Assembly: GCA_963751345.1 (NCBI GenBank)
Contig: CAVVUS010000018.1
Coordinates: forward strand, 224,001 to 288,000
Reading direction: 5' to 3'
Length of the DNA stretch: 64,000 nt
Source: an uncultured Chloroflexia bacterium
GTDB taxonomy: Bacteria > Chloroflexota > Anaerolineae > B4-G1 > SLSP01
The notes beneath the pieces are model-generated. The model ran no database searches and was not told where the DNA came from. It worked only from the letters and a program-made list of their open reading frames with translations. Positions 48,821 through 60,791 of the stretch are shown here, piece after piece (position 1 is the first letter of the stretch; every line of letters begins with the position of its first letter). The translations under genes and the position numbers were made by a program.

Positions 48821-50575
48821 CTACGAACGTTTGAGCAGCACCTTGAGGTCGCGCCAGCTCCGCGTGTTCAGCACGTCAGAGGGTGTCAGCCAACCCCGGC
48901 GGGCCTGGTCGATCCCATAGTGCATATAGGCCAACGAGGAGATACTGTGGGCGTCGGTGGAGATCGCCAGCTTGAGTCCCATCTCCTTGGCCATCTTTGC
49001 GTGGACGCCGTCGAGGTCGAGGCGCTCCGGATGTGCGTTGATCTCCATATAGCAGCCCCGGTCGAGGGCAGCCTCCATCAGGCGCTCGAGATCCACGTCA
49101 TAGGGCTCGCGCTGCAAGCGGCTTCCACGCCTTTGGATGAGGCGGCCCGTCGGATGGGCCAGGATGTGCACGTTGGGATTATCCATCGCCCGGATGATCC
49201 GCTCGGTCTGCTTGTCCCTGGGTAGATTGAAACGTGTGTGCACGGAGATGAGGCAGACGTCGAGCTTACTCAGCACATCGTCAGGCAAATCCAGCGACCC
49301 ATCCTCGCGGATGTCCACCTCAATACCTTTGAGGACGCGAATGCCATCCAGCCCCTCATTGAGACCGTCGATCTCGTCAATCCGCTTTGCCAGAGCATCT
49401 GCATTGAGTCCCTGGGTGACGCTGACCAGGGTCGAGTGATCGGTCACCGCGACGTAGTCATAGCCGCGTTCGCGGGCAGCCTGCACCATCTCCTTGAGCG
49501 AGGCTTTGCCATCGCTTGCGGTAGTATGCATCTGGAGGTCCCCACGGATGTCATCGAGCGTGACCAGACCCGGAAGCTCGTGCTTCTGCGCAGCTGCGAC
49601 TTCGCCGTGATCCTCACGGAGCTCGGGCTCCACGTACGACAAGCCCAGCAGCTCGTAGATGCCGGTTTCCGTCTCTCCGGCGACACGTTTCCCCTCCTCG
49701 CCATTCTTGACCTCGAAGACACCGTACTCGTTGATCTTGAGGTCACGGTCGACGGCCATATTGCGCAGCTTGATGTTGTGCGCCTTCGAGCCGGTGAAAT
49801 AGAGAAGGGCGGCTCCATAGCTCTCCTCCGGGACAACCCGTAGATCGACCTGCAAACCGGAGCGCAGGATCACAGTGGATCGCGTGGAGCCTTTCGATAC
49901 GACGTCGGTGACGTCCTCGTATTCGGCAAAGCGTTCAATGGTCGCTCCGCCGATGTCGCTGATCGCCAGAATGTCCAGGTCTCCAACCGTGGCTCGACGT
50001 CTCCGGTAACTCCCTGCCACCTCGACGCGCTCTACGTGTTCGTCGTTCGCAAGGTACGCCACCAGGGGCGCTGCCGCCTCTTCTGCCAGGTCGATGCGGG
50101 TCCGGGTTTCGCCCTTCTCTATGTCCTCCAGCGCCTTCAGGATGTCTTCCTGAGTCTTCTTGCCCAGCCCGGGGACGTCCTCGATCTCTCCGCGCTCGGC
50201 TGCCGCTTTAAGGTCGGCCAAAGTCTCGATCCCGAGATGGTCGTGGATTGCCTGCACCCTCTTAGGTCCCAGACCTTCGATCGTGAGCATCTTCGCCAGC
50301 TCGGCGGGCGTGCGGTCCTCGAGCTTCTTCAACTGGGACAGCTCGCCCGTCTCGACCATCGTCTTGATCTTCTCGGCCAACTCCTTTCCGATGCCCGAGA
50401 GGTCGGTCAAGTCCTTTCCGCTCTCTACCATATCGCGCACGTTTGTCGGGAGCTCCTCGATCGTGCGGGCGGCATTGCGGTAGGCACGGACCCGGAATTG
50501 GTTCGCTCCCTCGATCTCCAGGAGATCGGCCATCTCGCGGAATGCTTCAGCGATATCCGAATTCAGGACGGGCAT
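48821..50575 (-). CDS. polX: DNA polymerase X with PHP domain
   Basis: AGSYRR, GDLDIL, QVDLR, FTGSKAHN, GDLQMHT..SDG, TDHS, AHPTGR, STDAH. Confidence 0.95.
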   Translation of the reverse strand: MPVLNSDIAEAFREMADLLEIEGANQFRVRAYRNAARTIEELPTNVRDMVESGKDLTDLSGIGKELAEKIKTMVETGELSQLKKLEDRTPAELAKMLTIEGLGPKRVQAIHDHLGIETLADLKAAAERGEIEDVPGLGKKTQEDILKALEDIEKGETRTRIDLAEEAAAPLVAYLANDEHVERVEVAGSYRRRRATVGDLDILAISDIGGATIERFAEYEDVTDVVSKGSTRSTVILRSGLQVDLRVVPEESYGAALLYFTGSKAHNIKLRNMAVDRDLKINEYGVFEVKNGEEGKRVAGETETGIYELLGLSYVEPELREDHGEVAAAQKHELPGLVTLDDIRGDLQMHTTASDGKASLKEMVQAARERGYDYVAVTDHSTLVSVTQGLNADALAKRIDEIDGLNEGLDGIRVLKGIEVDIREDGSLDLPDDVLSKLDVCLISVHTRFNLPRDKQTERIIRAMDNPNVHILAHPTGRLIQRRGSRLQREPYDVDLERLMEAALDRGCYMEINAHPERLDLDGVHAKMAKEMGLKLAISTDAHSISSLAYMHYGIDQARRGWLTPSDVLNTRSWRDLKVLLKRS

Positions 50576-50617
50576 TGTGGCCCCCGGTCCAATCCGTAGC
50601 CAGTTCGCGCCACTGCC

Positions 50618-51854
50618 TTATTGGGCGGGGCGTGGCTGTAACGTCAGGTCGATCTGCTGCTCCTGACCGCCGCGGAGGATGGTGAGCGTGACGGCATCAC
50701 CGGGTTCGTGCTGCGAGATGATGATCTGTAGCTGGCTGTAGTCCTCAATCAGCGTCCCATCAATGGCGGTGATGACATCACCGCCCGTGGGCACACCGTC
50801 GACACCAAGCACGCTCTGGGTGCCGGTTGATCCTCGGAGCCCTACTTGCTGCGCAGGCCCTCCAACGACGCTGTCGACATATGCACCGTGTTGGCTGGGG
50901 AGGTTGTTAGCCTCCTGGATGAAAAGGCCGACGGATCCGCCTGTGATACCCAACCAAGGCCACGAATACGCTCCAGCATCGATCAGGACCGGTGCGATCC
51001 GTCGCACGATGTTGACCGGAATCGCGAAGCCCACGCCTGAGTTGGTATTGCTCGTGCCCCCAGTGGCGATCTGCGCGTTAACACCGATCACCTCTCCGTT
51101 GAGATTCAACAGAGGGCCACCCGAATTTCCGGGGTTGATGGCGGCATCGGTCTGAATGGCTTGGGGAATCGCAAAGGGCGTTGCCCCGGATGCGATAGTG
51201 CGCCCGACGGCGCTGACGACGCCTACCGTCAGGCTGCTCCCCAAGGCAAAGGGATTGCCGATAGCGGCGACCCACTCACCCACTTGGACCGCGTCCGAGT
51301 TGCCCAATGCCAACGGGTGAACGTTATCGGGCAACTGGTCCACTTTGATGACCGCCAAGTCGCTGTCAGGATCAAGCCCAACAGTCTGAGCCTGGGCCTC
51401 GAACCCATCAAAGAAGACCACGGTAATCACGTCCGCGTCGGCAACCACGTGGTTGTTCGTGATGATGTGTCCTGCTGTGTCCAGGATGAAGCCGGAGCCT
51501 GCGCCCTGTCCCTGTACACCTTGCTGCCTAATGTAGACTTGGATGTTGACGACACCGGGTTCGGCCTGCTGGTACAGGGGCGTGAATTCCTCCTCTGCTG
51601 CGGAGACAGGACCCTGGCCCGACGAGGCGACCGGCGTCAGTGTAGGTACCGCGGCCTGGGTTGCAGGCAAGCCCGGCACCTGGGTTACCCCCACAGTCGG
51701 GGGTAACGTAGACTGCGCACCCGGTATCTGTGCTCCCTCTGCCCAAAGAGCCCGGCAGAACGAGCAGAAGTGCACCCCCAGCAAGAATCACGAGAAGCAC
51801 AAGTGCACCGCAACCGAGACCCGCAATGAGCCAGAAGCTCCTGTTATTATTCAT
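50618..51854 (-). CDS. HtrA/DegP-like S1C serine protease with PDZ domain (5' frameshift)
   Basis: GSGF, TNNHV, DLAVIK, QTDAAINPGNSGGPL; N-terminal TM anchor in another frame. Confidence 0.9.
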
Positions 51855-51910
51855 CCCCTCGCTCCACTGTGTCTTTAGTACCTAGCAGATCGCCCGTCAG
51901 CAGTCTGACT

Positions 51911-52154
51911 CTAGTCTTCCATAGACGCCGTGTCATCTCTTAGGCTGGCGCTATTAGGCAGCAGCCGGCGCACACGGTGACGCAGCCCTTTGCTTCTCCA
52001 CCACCGTCATCTGGTAGAAGAGGCGTTTCCTGCTATTACGCCGATTGCGGCGAAAGTGTCCTTGACCGGCCCGCGTTCTGACTAGTTTCCCTTTCCCGCC
52101 CTTCGTGCGGCGAAAGCGTTTTGATGTTGATTTGTGGGACTTGAGTTTCGGCAT
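51911..52154 (-). CDS. rpmI: 50S ribosomal protein L35 (orphan copy, frameshift near 51992)
   Basis: MPKLKSHKSTSKRFRRT..GKGK...RAGQGH; the shifted frame gives SKGLRHRVRRLLPNSASLRDDTASMED*. Confidence 0.8.
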
Positions 52155-52292
52155 GTTCGAACTCCTTTTCGTAACTGAAAGCCAAGCGAGAGACTACACC
52201 CCCGCTACAGTTATCTTAGCGCAGGAAGCTGGCGTCCAGCGATGGGCTTCGTTGGGCGAGCTATGGGGTGAGTTGGAATAGTTGGGGAGCAG

Positions 52293-54728
52293 TTATGCGG
52301 GCAGCCACACGGTGAAGGAGGTCCCTTGGCTCGGACTGCTTTCCACTCTGATGTCGCCACTGAGATCTTTCACGATGGCCTGACTGATGAAGAGTCCCAG
52401 CCCGAGGCCCTCCGGCTTCGTCGTCTGAAATGGGTCGAAGAGACGCGCTTGGACGTCAGGGGGGATTCCCCCTCCCGTATCGTGCAGGACAGTCCGGACG
52501 CCGGCAGGGTCATCGGTCCTCGTGAGTGACACGGCCAATTTGCCGCCGTCCGGCATTGCGTCAATCGCGTTGAGCATTAGGTTCAGAAATACCTGCTGGA
52601 GACGATCGGGCACGACCAGCAACTCGGGCAGGTCAGGCTCCTCTGATATCTCGACGACAATGCCACGGTCTCGAGCTTGTTTGCGGGTGATGATGAGTGC
52701 CTCGTCGATGGCAGAGCGAATGGATTGATACTCTTTTTCATCCGGTGTTGACTGACGATTGAGGTCCCTAAGGCGTCCGACGATCCCGGCAGCACGCTTT
52801 AGCTCTTCGGAGGCCATTTGCATATACAGACCGATGGAGTCACCCTTGGCGTTTGCGAGCACGTCCAGTTCTTGCAGGCTCTCGTCAGCCAGGCCAAGGC
52901 AACCGATGACCGTCTGGAGCGGGTTGTTGATCTCATGGGCGAAGGAGGCAGCTAGCTGCCCCGTCAGTGCCAGTTTTTCGTTTTGTATCATTGCAGCTTG
53001 GGCTTCTCGCCGGTCGGTGATGTCCTCCACCATAGCGACTGCCAGCCTCGGGCGTTGTTCTACGTCTCGAACCAGCGAGATGGTGACATTACACCACAGA
53101 GTTTGGCCGTCCGAGCGGATGAAACGGACATCAGTACGGTATTCCTCCGAGGTACCGCCCATCAGGTCCTCGAACATCCTCGATCCCGCCGTGCCATCTT
53201 TCTGGTCCATATAGCTGAAGAGGGACATCTCGCTTAGCTCAGTGTCGTCCCTATGCAGGATGGTCGCCAGGGCTGTGTTACTCTGGATGATCCTGCCCCT
53301 ATCGTCGAGAAGCGCAATCCCTACAGGAGCGTCCTCGAAGATCGCTCGGAATCGGGCTTCACTGATACGCAGTGCCGCGGTGCGCCATACGACGCGCCGC
53401 TCCAAATCCTCAGCATGATCCTGTACCTGCTGGTGTAGTCTCGCTTGCTGAATCGCAATGGCCAACTGAACCGCCAGTTCGTTTGCCAGTCCAATGGATT
53501 GGTTTGCCACCCGGCCCGGACCGCTCAGCCCGAGTGTCAGCACGCCGAGCAGCGTGCCCTTAACCCGGAGAGGCTGAAGCAAGAGCGTGCGGATGCCCGG
53601 GGCCCGCTCTGTGGCCATCAGCGGCGAGTCGAGAGGAAGTGTTCCCACATCCTCCACCACGATATGCTCTCCGCGCTGGAGTTTTTGTACCAACTCGGCC
53701 CACCCCTTGGCCAGCGTCGCCTGCCACCCCTCATCCGTATGTGACTGACTCCCCGCGGTATACGCGGCAAGCAGTGAGACCTTGTGAGATTCGAAATCGA
53801 AGAGCATCACGCTGGCCCGTACACAGTCGATCATCTGCGGAAGCCGCGCCAACGCAGCTTGGGCGATGTCCTGCACCGACTGGGCCGACAGGATGGCTTG
53901 ATCGATCTGGTGAAGAGCACGTAGCCGGCTCGCATACTGTCGGAGCGAGCTCTGCACGCGCCTTAGTTCGGTCACCTCCATCCCATAGAGGTTAACGTAG
54001 CCATCAGTTGAGGGAGCGATAGTCAGCGAATAAACTCGCCGATCACAGATGATCTCCGCACTGCCGACGCTGTGGGTACGATTAGCTTCACGGACGTGGT
54101 CCAGCCAGCGAGGCGGGACCTTCTGACCGATCCAGGAATTCCAGGTATCCAGCACCGGCTTGCTTCCGGCATTTGCATAGACCAGGACGCCGTCTGCCGC
54201 AATTCGCATGACCGGATGGGGGTTCTCAGTTGGGAAGCGGGTTATGCTCATGATCTCGGCCTCCGCCCTTTGACGCTCGGTCACATCGTGCAGTGACAGC
54301 ACCAGCCCCTTGATCCCACCGGCGTCGTCAATTATCGGGGTCAGAGTCCAGTCCCAATAGGTGGTCCCGAACTCGGGACGGTCGGGGTACACAAATGGCC
54401 TTGCATTGAAGGAGGCGGCTTCTCCGGTATCTCGCACATGCTCGAAGATCGACTGGTTCGCCGTGTTCGGGAAGAGGGCGAAGTGATTCTTGCCGATCAG
54501 CTCTTCCCTCGTCTTGCCGGCTCCCAGCGCGTAGGCGGCGTTTGTCCAGACAAAGTTGAACTCGGTGTCGAGGTAGGCAAGTTGGGTATTCGTGTTCTCT
54601 ATGATGGCTGCAAGCATATCGCGCTCGCGCTCAAGTTGCGTCGTTGGCTCCGCAGATGGACGCCGTGCGGCACTGATTCGCGCTACCGGCGCTTGATCGG
54701 CGGCTCTTTCTTTGCTTGTCACGTTCAT
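52293..54728 (-). CDS. Cytoplasmic PAS-PAS-GAF-PAS histidine kinase
   Basis: PAS/PAC motifs, GAF, EKLA..GQLAASFAHEINNPL, NLMLNAIDAM, DTGGG, GLGLGL. Confidence 0.92.
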   Translation of the reverse strand: MNVTSKERAADQAPVARISAARRPSAEPTTQLERERDMLAAIIENTNTQLAYLDTEFNFVWTNAAYALGAGKTREELIGKNHFALFPNTANQSIFEHVRDTGEAASFNARPFVYPDRPEFGTTYWDWTLTPIIDDAGGIKGLVLSLHDVTERQRAEAEIMSITRFPTENPHPVMRIAADGVLVYANAGSKPVLDTWNSWIGQKVPPRWLDHVREANRTHSVGSAEIICDRRVYSLTIAPSTDGYVNLYGMEVTELRRVQSSLRQYASRLRALHQIDQAILSAQSVQDIAQAALARLPQMIDCVRASVMLFDFESHKVSLLAAYTAGSQSHTDEGWQATLAKGWAELVQKLQRGEHIVVEDVGTLPLDSPLMATERAPGIRTLLLQPLRVKGTLLGVLTLGLSGPGRVANQSIGLANELAVQLAIAIQQARLHQQVQDHAEDLERRVVWRTAALRISEARFRAIFEDAPVGIALLDDRGRIIQSNTALATILHRDDTELSEMSLFSYMDQKDGTAGSRMFEDLMGGTSEEYRTDVRFIRSDGQTLWCNVTISLVRDVEQRPRLAVAMVEDITDRREAQAAMIQNEKLALTGQLAASFAHEINNPLQTVIGCLGLADESLQELDVLANAKGDSIGLYMQMASEELKRAAGIVGRLRDLNRQSTPDEKEYQSIRSAIDEALIITRKQARDRGIVVEISEEPDLPELLVVPDRLQQVFLNLMLNAIDAMPDGGKLAVSLTRTDDPAGVRTVLHDTGGGIPPDVQARLFDPFQTTKPEGLGLGLFISQAIVKDLSGDIRVESSPSQGTSFTVWLPA

Positions 54729-54965
54729 CTCCGTACGAGTGTCATCTCTAGGGCCTCTTTGACCAGGCTGATCATAGGCCGGAACTCAGACTTCGCCAAG
54801 GCGATCCCATCTATCAAGATTCTACCTCGGTTTACACGGGAGCTCAGTCACCCCAACCGCGTCCCAACCCTAAGCAACGCACGTCACCCACAAATCCAAC
54901 ACATTCCGGCACAGATAGCACCGGTGCCGGTGCTAGACTCAGACTGAAGGATAGGGAGGTGAAAT

Positions 54966-55971
54966 ATGCAGAACCGACCCCAGGGATCCGCTCTGTTCGT
55001 CGCATCAGCCTACGGTATAGGTGTATTTGAGCAGCGACGCGAACGCTGGGTGCAGATGCGTGGTGGGCTGGATGAGTTCCACGTTACCAGTGTTGCAGCT
55101 CACGCGGGCGCTATACTGGCAGGCACGCTTGATGGCGTCTACCGCTCTGTGGATTTCGGTGCGAGTTGGTGGCCCTACAATGAGGGGCTCGCGGATCGCC
55201 ACGTTCGCTGGATCGCCTATCGCCAGGATGGATCGGGCGGCGCGGTGGTGGGCACCGAACCTGCTGCCATCTACGTCTCCAAGGGGGATGGGGCTGGGTG
55301 GCGGCTTTGCCACGAGGTAACGGAGCTCAGGGATCGACTGGGCTGGTATCTGCCCTACTCACCCGAAGCCGGATGCGTCCGGGGCTTCGCTTTCCACGGT
55401 GCGCGGGGCTATGCGGCCGTTGAGCAGGGTGGACTGCTCCGTACCAGTGACGGTGGCGAAAGCTGGCGGTTAGTGGACGGCACCGATGGGGTGCCTCGTG
55501 TGCCCCAAGACGAGACGATGATCCATCCGGATGTACATTCTATCACGGTTCATCCGTCGTCCCCCGAGTTGTTGACCGCCCCGACGGGAGGGGGGCTCTA
55601 TTCAAGCAATGATGGCGGCGCGACTTGGCGCCGTCTCTATGACTGCTACTGTCGGGCGGTGTGGGTAGATCCAGGACGGGCCGATCACATCATTTTCGGT
55701 CCGGCGGATTCGGTTTCCGTAAATGGGCGGATCGAGAGATCCATCAACGGTGGGCAGACTTGGCAACCGGTTATGGCGGAGACTTCCGGACGTGTGGGCG
55801 GAGTATATGGTCGAGCGCTTTTATCAGGTTGACGGTTCGCTCATGGCTGTGTTATCGAACGGTGAGCTCATTGCCGCCGCTTTGGAGCCGGGCAGCGCGC
55901 CAGCCGATCTGAAATGGCAGGTGGTGCTTCCGTCCGTTCAAGGCGTAAAAGCTGTGGCGACTATGAGATAG
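54966..55971 (+). CDS. BNR/Asp-box beta-propeller protein (frameshift near 55785)
   Basis: Repeated SxDxGxSW/TW motifs; HPDVH. Confidence 0.8.
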
Positions 55972-56032
55972 ATGTGCGCCACGTAAGCATTCACAGAAAT
56001 CAAGCCAACCGATCAATAGGAGGGAACATCTG

Positions 56033-58544
56033 ATGGAGAATCATAATCTCGGTCTCAATCCCGATCAGTTGTATCGGAAGACGAACCTTGCCGATATGAA
56101 TTTCGAGACGACGGACGATCTAGAGGAACTGAAGGACGTCATCGGTCAGCCTCGCGCGGTAGATGCTATCAGGTTTGGGGCGGGTATGCAGGATGGGGGC
56201 TTCAATATCTACGCCTTAGGGCCCACCGGATTGGACAAGCGGGGCCTTGTGCAGAGGTTCTTCGAGTCACATGCGAAGGATGCGCCGACGCCGTCTGATT
56301 GGTGCTATGTGCACAATATGGCGGAGGAGCACAGACCGCTCGCGATCGAGTTGCCTGCCGGAAAGGGCGCGCTGTTCCGCAAGGATATGGACGGCCTGGT
56401 CCAAGAGCTTCGCACTGCCCTGTCAGCCGCATTTGAGAGTGAGGAATACCAGTCGCGACGTCAGACGATTGTGGATCGACCTTCGGGAGCAGCAGTCCGA
56501 GGCTTTCGACGAACTGCAAGGCCGGGCTCGAGAAGAGGATATGGCCCTGATCCGTACGCCGGGTGGGATTGCCGTGGCCCCGGTTCGCGACGGGGAAGTG
56601 CTGTCTCAGGAGGAGATTCTGAAGCTCTCTCAAGACGCACAGGGGGCGCTGCAGAAGAAGGTGGAGGAGCTGCAGGAGGAGCTTCAGCGTATCCTGCGTC
56701 AGGTGCCAACCTGGCAACGGTCGATGCGGGAGGAGCTCAATGATCTCAATCGGGAGATGGCGAGTCTCGCCGTAGGGGCACGGATTGATGAGCTGCGAGA
56801 GAGTTACGCCGATTACCCCAAGGTCGTTGCTCACCTGAATGCCGTCCAAGAAGACGTCGTCGAGAATGCGGAGCAGTTCCTGCCCCAATCAGATGACGGC
56901 GGTCCGCAGTTTATGCAGGCAATGCGGCGCCAAACCGAGGCGCAGTCCCTCCGGCGCTACAGTGTCAATGTGTTGGTTGATCATACAGATAGTAAAGGCG
57001 CGCCTGTCATCTATGAGGACAACCCGACGTACCAGAATCTCATTGGCCGCATCGAGCATCAAGCGCAGTTGGGCGCCCTTCTGACCGATTTCACCCTCAT
57101 CAAGGCCGGAGCGCTCCACAGGGCGAACGGCGGGTACCTGATCCTCGACGCCAACAAGTTGCTCCAGCAGCCGATGGCGTGGGAAGGCCTTAAGCGGGCC
57201 CTGAAGAGCGAGCGTCTGACGATTGAGCCACTTGGCCAGCAGTATGGTCTGATCAGCACGGTGTCGCTGGACCCCGAACCAATACCTCTGAGCGTCAGGA
57301 TTGCCCTGATTGGCGATGCAAGGCTCTACTATTTGCTCTACCAACTCGACCCGGAGTTCGCCGAGCTCTTCAAGGTTGCCGCCGACTTTGACGAGCAAAT
57401 GTCGCGAGACGAAGGGAATCAACCGCTTTATGCACGCCTGATTGCGACGCTTGCTCGACGTGGAAACCTGCGGCCCTTCGACCGAAGCGCCGTGGAACGG
57501 ATCATAGAACGCAGCGCGCGCATCGTCGGGGATTCCGAGCGGCTCTCCGCCCGGATGCGGGAAATCGGGGATCTGATGAGAGAGGCCAGTTACTGGGCCG
57601 GGAAGTCCGACGGCGATATCGTCACCGCTGCAGATGTGCAGCGCGCGATTGATGCTCAGATCTACAGAGCGGATCGTATTCGCCAACGCGTGCATGAAGC
57701 CATCTTGCGGAATATCATTCTGATTGACACCGAGGGGGCAGTCGTTGGACAGACGAACGGGCTTTCGGTGCTGATGATGGGAAACTTCGCCTTCGGCCAG
57801 CCCTCACGGATCACGGCGCGCGTCACCTTGGGTAGGGGGCAAGTCGTGGACATCGAGCGAGAGGCCGAACTGGGTGGGCCGATTCACTCCAAGGGCGTCA
57901 TGATCCTGACTGGGTTCCTCCGTGGCCGCTACGCACAGGAACGTCCGCTATCTCTCTCGGCCAGTCTCGTCTTTGAACAATCCTACGGCGGCGTCGAAGG
58001 AGATAGTGCTTCGTCTGCGGAGCTCTATACACTCCTCTCGGCTATCGCTGAGGTGCCGATCAAGCAGTCGCTCGCGGTCACCGGATCCGTCAATCAGAGA
58101 GGCGAGATCCAGGCTATCGGCGGTGTAAACGAGAAAATCGAGGGTTTCTACGATATCTGCAAGGCGCGCGGGCTGACCGGTGATCAAGGCGTCCTCATTC
58201 CTGCGTCGAATGTCAAGCACTTGATGCTGCGGCACGATGTCGTCGAGGCGGTCGCTGCAGGAGTTTTCCACGTCTACGCAATCGAGACCGTCGACCAGGG
58301 AATCGAGATGCTGACCGGAATGCCGGCGGGCGAGCTTGATGAAGAGGGCAACTATCCCGAAGGTACGATCAACCACCTCGTCGATGCGCGGTTTGAAGCG
58401 ATGGCTGAGAAAGCACAGACGTTGGGTCAACAAGCCCTGAGTGCCTTGACCCCGGTAGGGGTAAGCGCCTCGGACGGCGGAAGCGCCTCGGACGGCGGAA
58501 GCGCCTCAGTGAAGGGAAACGCCCCGGAGGGGTCACGTGAATGA
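56033..58544 (+). CDS. LonC-like / AAA_32 S16 protease (frameshift near 56472)
   Basis: IGQPRA, DWCYVHN, GALHRANGGYL, GGPIHSKG, EGDSASSAE, IGGVNEKIEGF. Confidence 0.9.
58463..58509. repeat. 18-bp tandem repeat (about 2.6 copies) in the 3' end of the Lon-like gene
   Basis: AAGCGCCTCGGACGGCGG x2 plus AAGCGCCTCAG, encoding SASDGG SASDGG SAS. Confidence 0.8.
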
Positions 58545-59443
58545 GTCCAGCCAGCCTTCGATGTCCCTCAGTCGAATCCTTGTCGCCGTAGACGCATCCC
58601 CACACAGCCAAGCCGCCCTGGAGGCAGCCGTCGACATGGCATCTCGTTTCCATGCCGAGTTGGTGGTCCTCTTCGTGGAGGACATCAATGTCTTCCGGAT
58701 AGCCGAATTGCCCTTCGCGCACGAGGTCGGACAATACTCCGCCCGTCGACGTGTGCTGGAAATCGAGCGCATCGAGCGACGGCTCCGCTCCCGCTCCCGG
58801 GCGATCAAAGAGCAGTTCCAGGCGCTGATTCTGCGGGAGTCCGTGCAGGGCACGTTCCGCGTCGCTCGCGGTGTCATCAGGACAGAGATCCAGACCGCTG
58901 CTCAGGAAGCCGATGTGCTTATCGTCGGGCGAGCCGGGTGGTCCGAGATACGCCAGTTGCGTCTTGGGTCGACGGCACGTGCCGCCTGCTGTGACGAGAT
59001 ACCGAGCGTCACTGCAGTCCTGCACGAGGGTAGGCCGATCGTGTCGCCTATCCTGGTTGTCTATGATGGCTCATCGATTGGGGACCATGCCCTGATGCTG
59101 GGAGCAGATCTGGCCGACCGTCTCACGGGCCCGCTCCATGTTTTGCTGGTCGCCGCCAGTGCCGATCAGATGCCTCTCTTAAGGGCTCAAGCCGACGAAC
59201 ACCTGCGGACCTACAATATCATGCGCCAGTATCAGGGATTGGTGGCATCATCCGTCGCCAGGTTGGCCGCGGCCATTCGCGACAACCTAAGCGATGGTCG
59301 AGCCTTCGCGGAGCGCGAAGATCATGCGTCGCGCTGCGGAACACGGCACCCTGGTCCTGCCGGCAGCTTCCGCGCTCTTTGAGAATGACGCTCTGTTGGA
59401 CCTCATCGAGGAAGTCGACATCCCTGTCTTGCTGGTACGCTAG
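58537..59443 (+). CDS. Universal stress protein (two USP domains, 3' frameshift)
   Basis: RILVAVDAS, ADVLIVG...LGSTAR, ILVVYDGS; C-terminus IPVLLVR*. Confidence 0.85.
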
Positions 59444-59787
59444 GCGTGGAGGTATGTGCCACAACTGCGACAGAAGCGGTCGCTCTCGCCTATGGCCTTT
59501 CCACAGTTCGGGCAGACGTGGCCGGTTTGGCTGCCGATGCTGTAGGTGTCGTTGTCGACTGCACGCGGCATCGCATTCTTGTGCCTGAAGGCGTTGTAGA
59601 AGGCCAATCCTGCCCCAATCAGGCCGAGGGCAATCAATGCGGTCCGGACGACGTTCATCGTCGTCCCGCTGCCTGGCATACTGTCCGCAAAGCTCGGGCC
59701 CCGTATCGAGAATATGCCCACGATCGCGACAATCAGGATCGCGATCCCTGCGATCAGGGAGCGGATCTTGCCCGCTTGCCCCCTCAT
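59440..59787 (-). CDS. Two-TM protein with a C-terminal zinc ribbon
   Basis: CPNCG...FCRSCG. Confidence 0.8.
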   Translation of the reverse strand: MRGQAGKIRSLIAGIAILIVAIVGIFSIRGPSFADSMPGSGTTMNVVRTALIALGLIGAGLAFYNAFRHKNAMPRAVDNDTYSIGSQTGHVCPNCGKAIGESDRFCRSCGTYLHA

Positions 59788-60734
59788 CGTCTGCTCGTTT
59801 CAAGGTCCGACAGAGCCTCTTTGAGGATACCGGCAGATCGCTGGAGCGCCTGCTGTTCGTCCGGCTCCAGTGCGCTCTCCATTATGCGGTCGATGCCGTT
59901 CTGGTAGACGATACAGGGCACGCTCAGGCTCACGTCAGTGAGTCCATACTCTCCTTCCAGGGGCGTTGAGACCGTCAAGACACTGTGCTCGTTTCGGAGG
60001 ATGGCGCTGACGATTCGCGTGAGCGCAAGCCCAACGGCATAGTAGGTCGATCCCTTATAGTCGATGATGTGATAAGCCGAGTCGCGCACGGCCTTCTCGA
60101 TGCTCTCACGCTCCGCCTGCCAGTCCGAGCACCGATTGCAGATAGTGCAGAACCCATCGATGCTCAGGCCGGCCAGGTGTGTCATCGACCAAGCTGCGAA
60201 CTCACTATCCCCGTGCTCGCCCAGGATATAGGCGTGAACGTTGTGGATATCGACGTTGCAGTGCTGGCTAAGGAGATAGCGAAATCTGGCGCTGTCGAGA
60301 ACGGTGCCCGACCCAATGACGCGACCCCGAGGCCATCCGGACCGCTGGTGGGCCACGTGGGTCAAGATGTCCACCGGATTGGTGACGATGACGATGACGG
60401 CCTTCGATTGCTGGGCAACGATGTCATCCACGATCCTCTCGATGATTCCTGCATTACGCTGCAGGAGATCGAGCCGGGATTCCCCCGGCTTCTGGCCGGT
60501 ACCGGCCGTGACGATAATCACGTGAGAGTCGGCATAGTCTTCCGTCCGCCCGACGTGTATGGAGACCGAGGGGAAGAAGAACCGGCCATGGCTAAGGTCG
60601 AGTACTTGTCCGGAGGCCAGCTCTTCGTTGAGATCGACCAAGGCGATGTCGTCGGCAACGCCACTCTGTGCGAGGGCATAAGCGAAGGTTGCCCCAACGT
60701 GGCCTGCGCCGACAATCGACACCTTTCGCGCCAT
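59784..60734 (-). CDS. ldh: L-lactate dehydrogenase
   Basis: GAGHVG, QKPGESRLDL, TNPVD, LDSARFR, GEHGDSE. Confidence 0.92.
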   Translation of the reverse strand: MARKVSIVGAGHVGATFAYALAQSGVADDIALVDLNEELASGQVLDLSHGRFFFPSVSIHVGRTEDYADSHVIIVTAGTGQKPGESRLDLLQRNAGIIERIVDDIVAQQSKAVIVIVTNPVDILTHVAHQRSGWPRGRVIGSGTVLDSARFRYLLSQHCNVDIHNVHAYILGEHGDSEFAAWSMTHLAGLSIDGFCTICNRCSDWQAERESIEKAVRDSAYHIIDYKGSTYYAVGLALTRIVSAILRNEHSVLTVSTPLEGEYGLTDVSLSVPCIVYQNGIDRIMESALEPDEQQALQRSAGILKEALSDLETSRR

Positions 60735-60791
60735 CCAATTCCTACCGTTCAACAGCCAATCTCCTTTTCACGGGCGCAATTGGCCCGGGAC

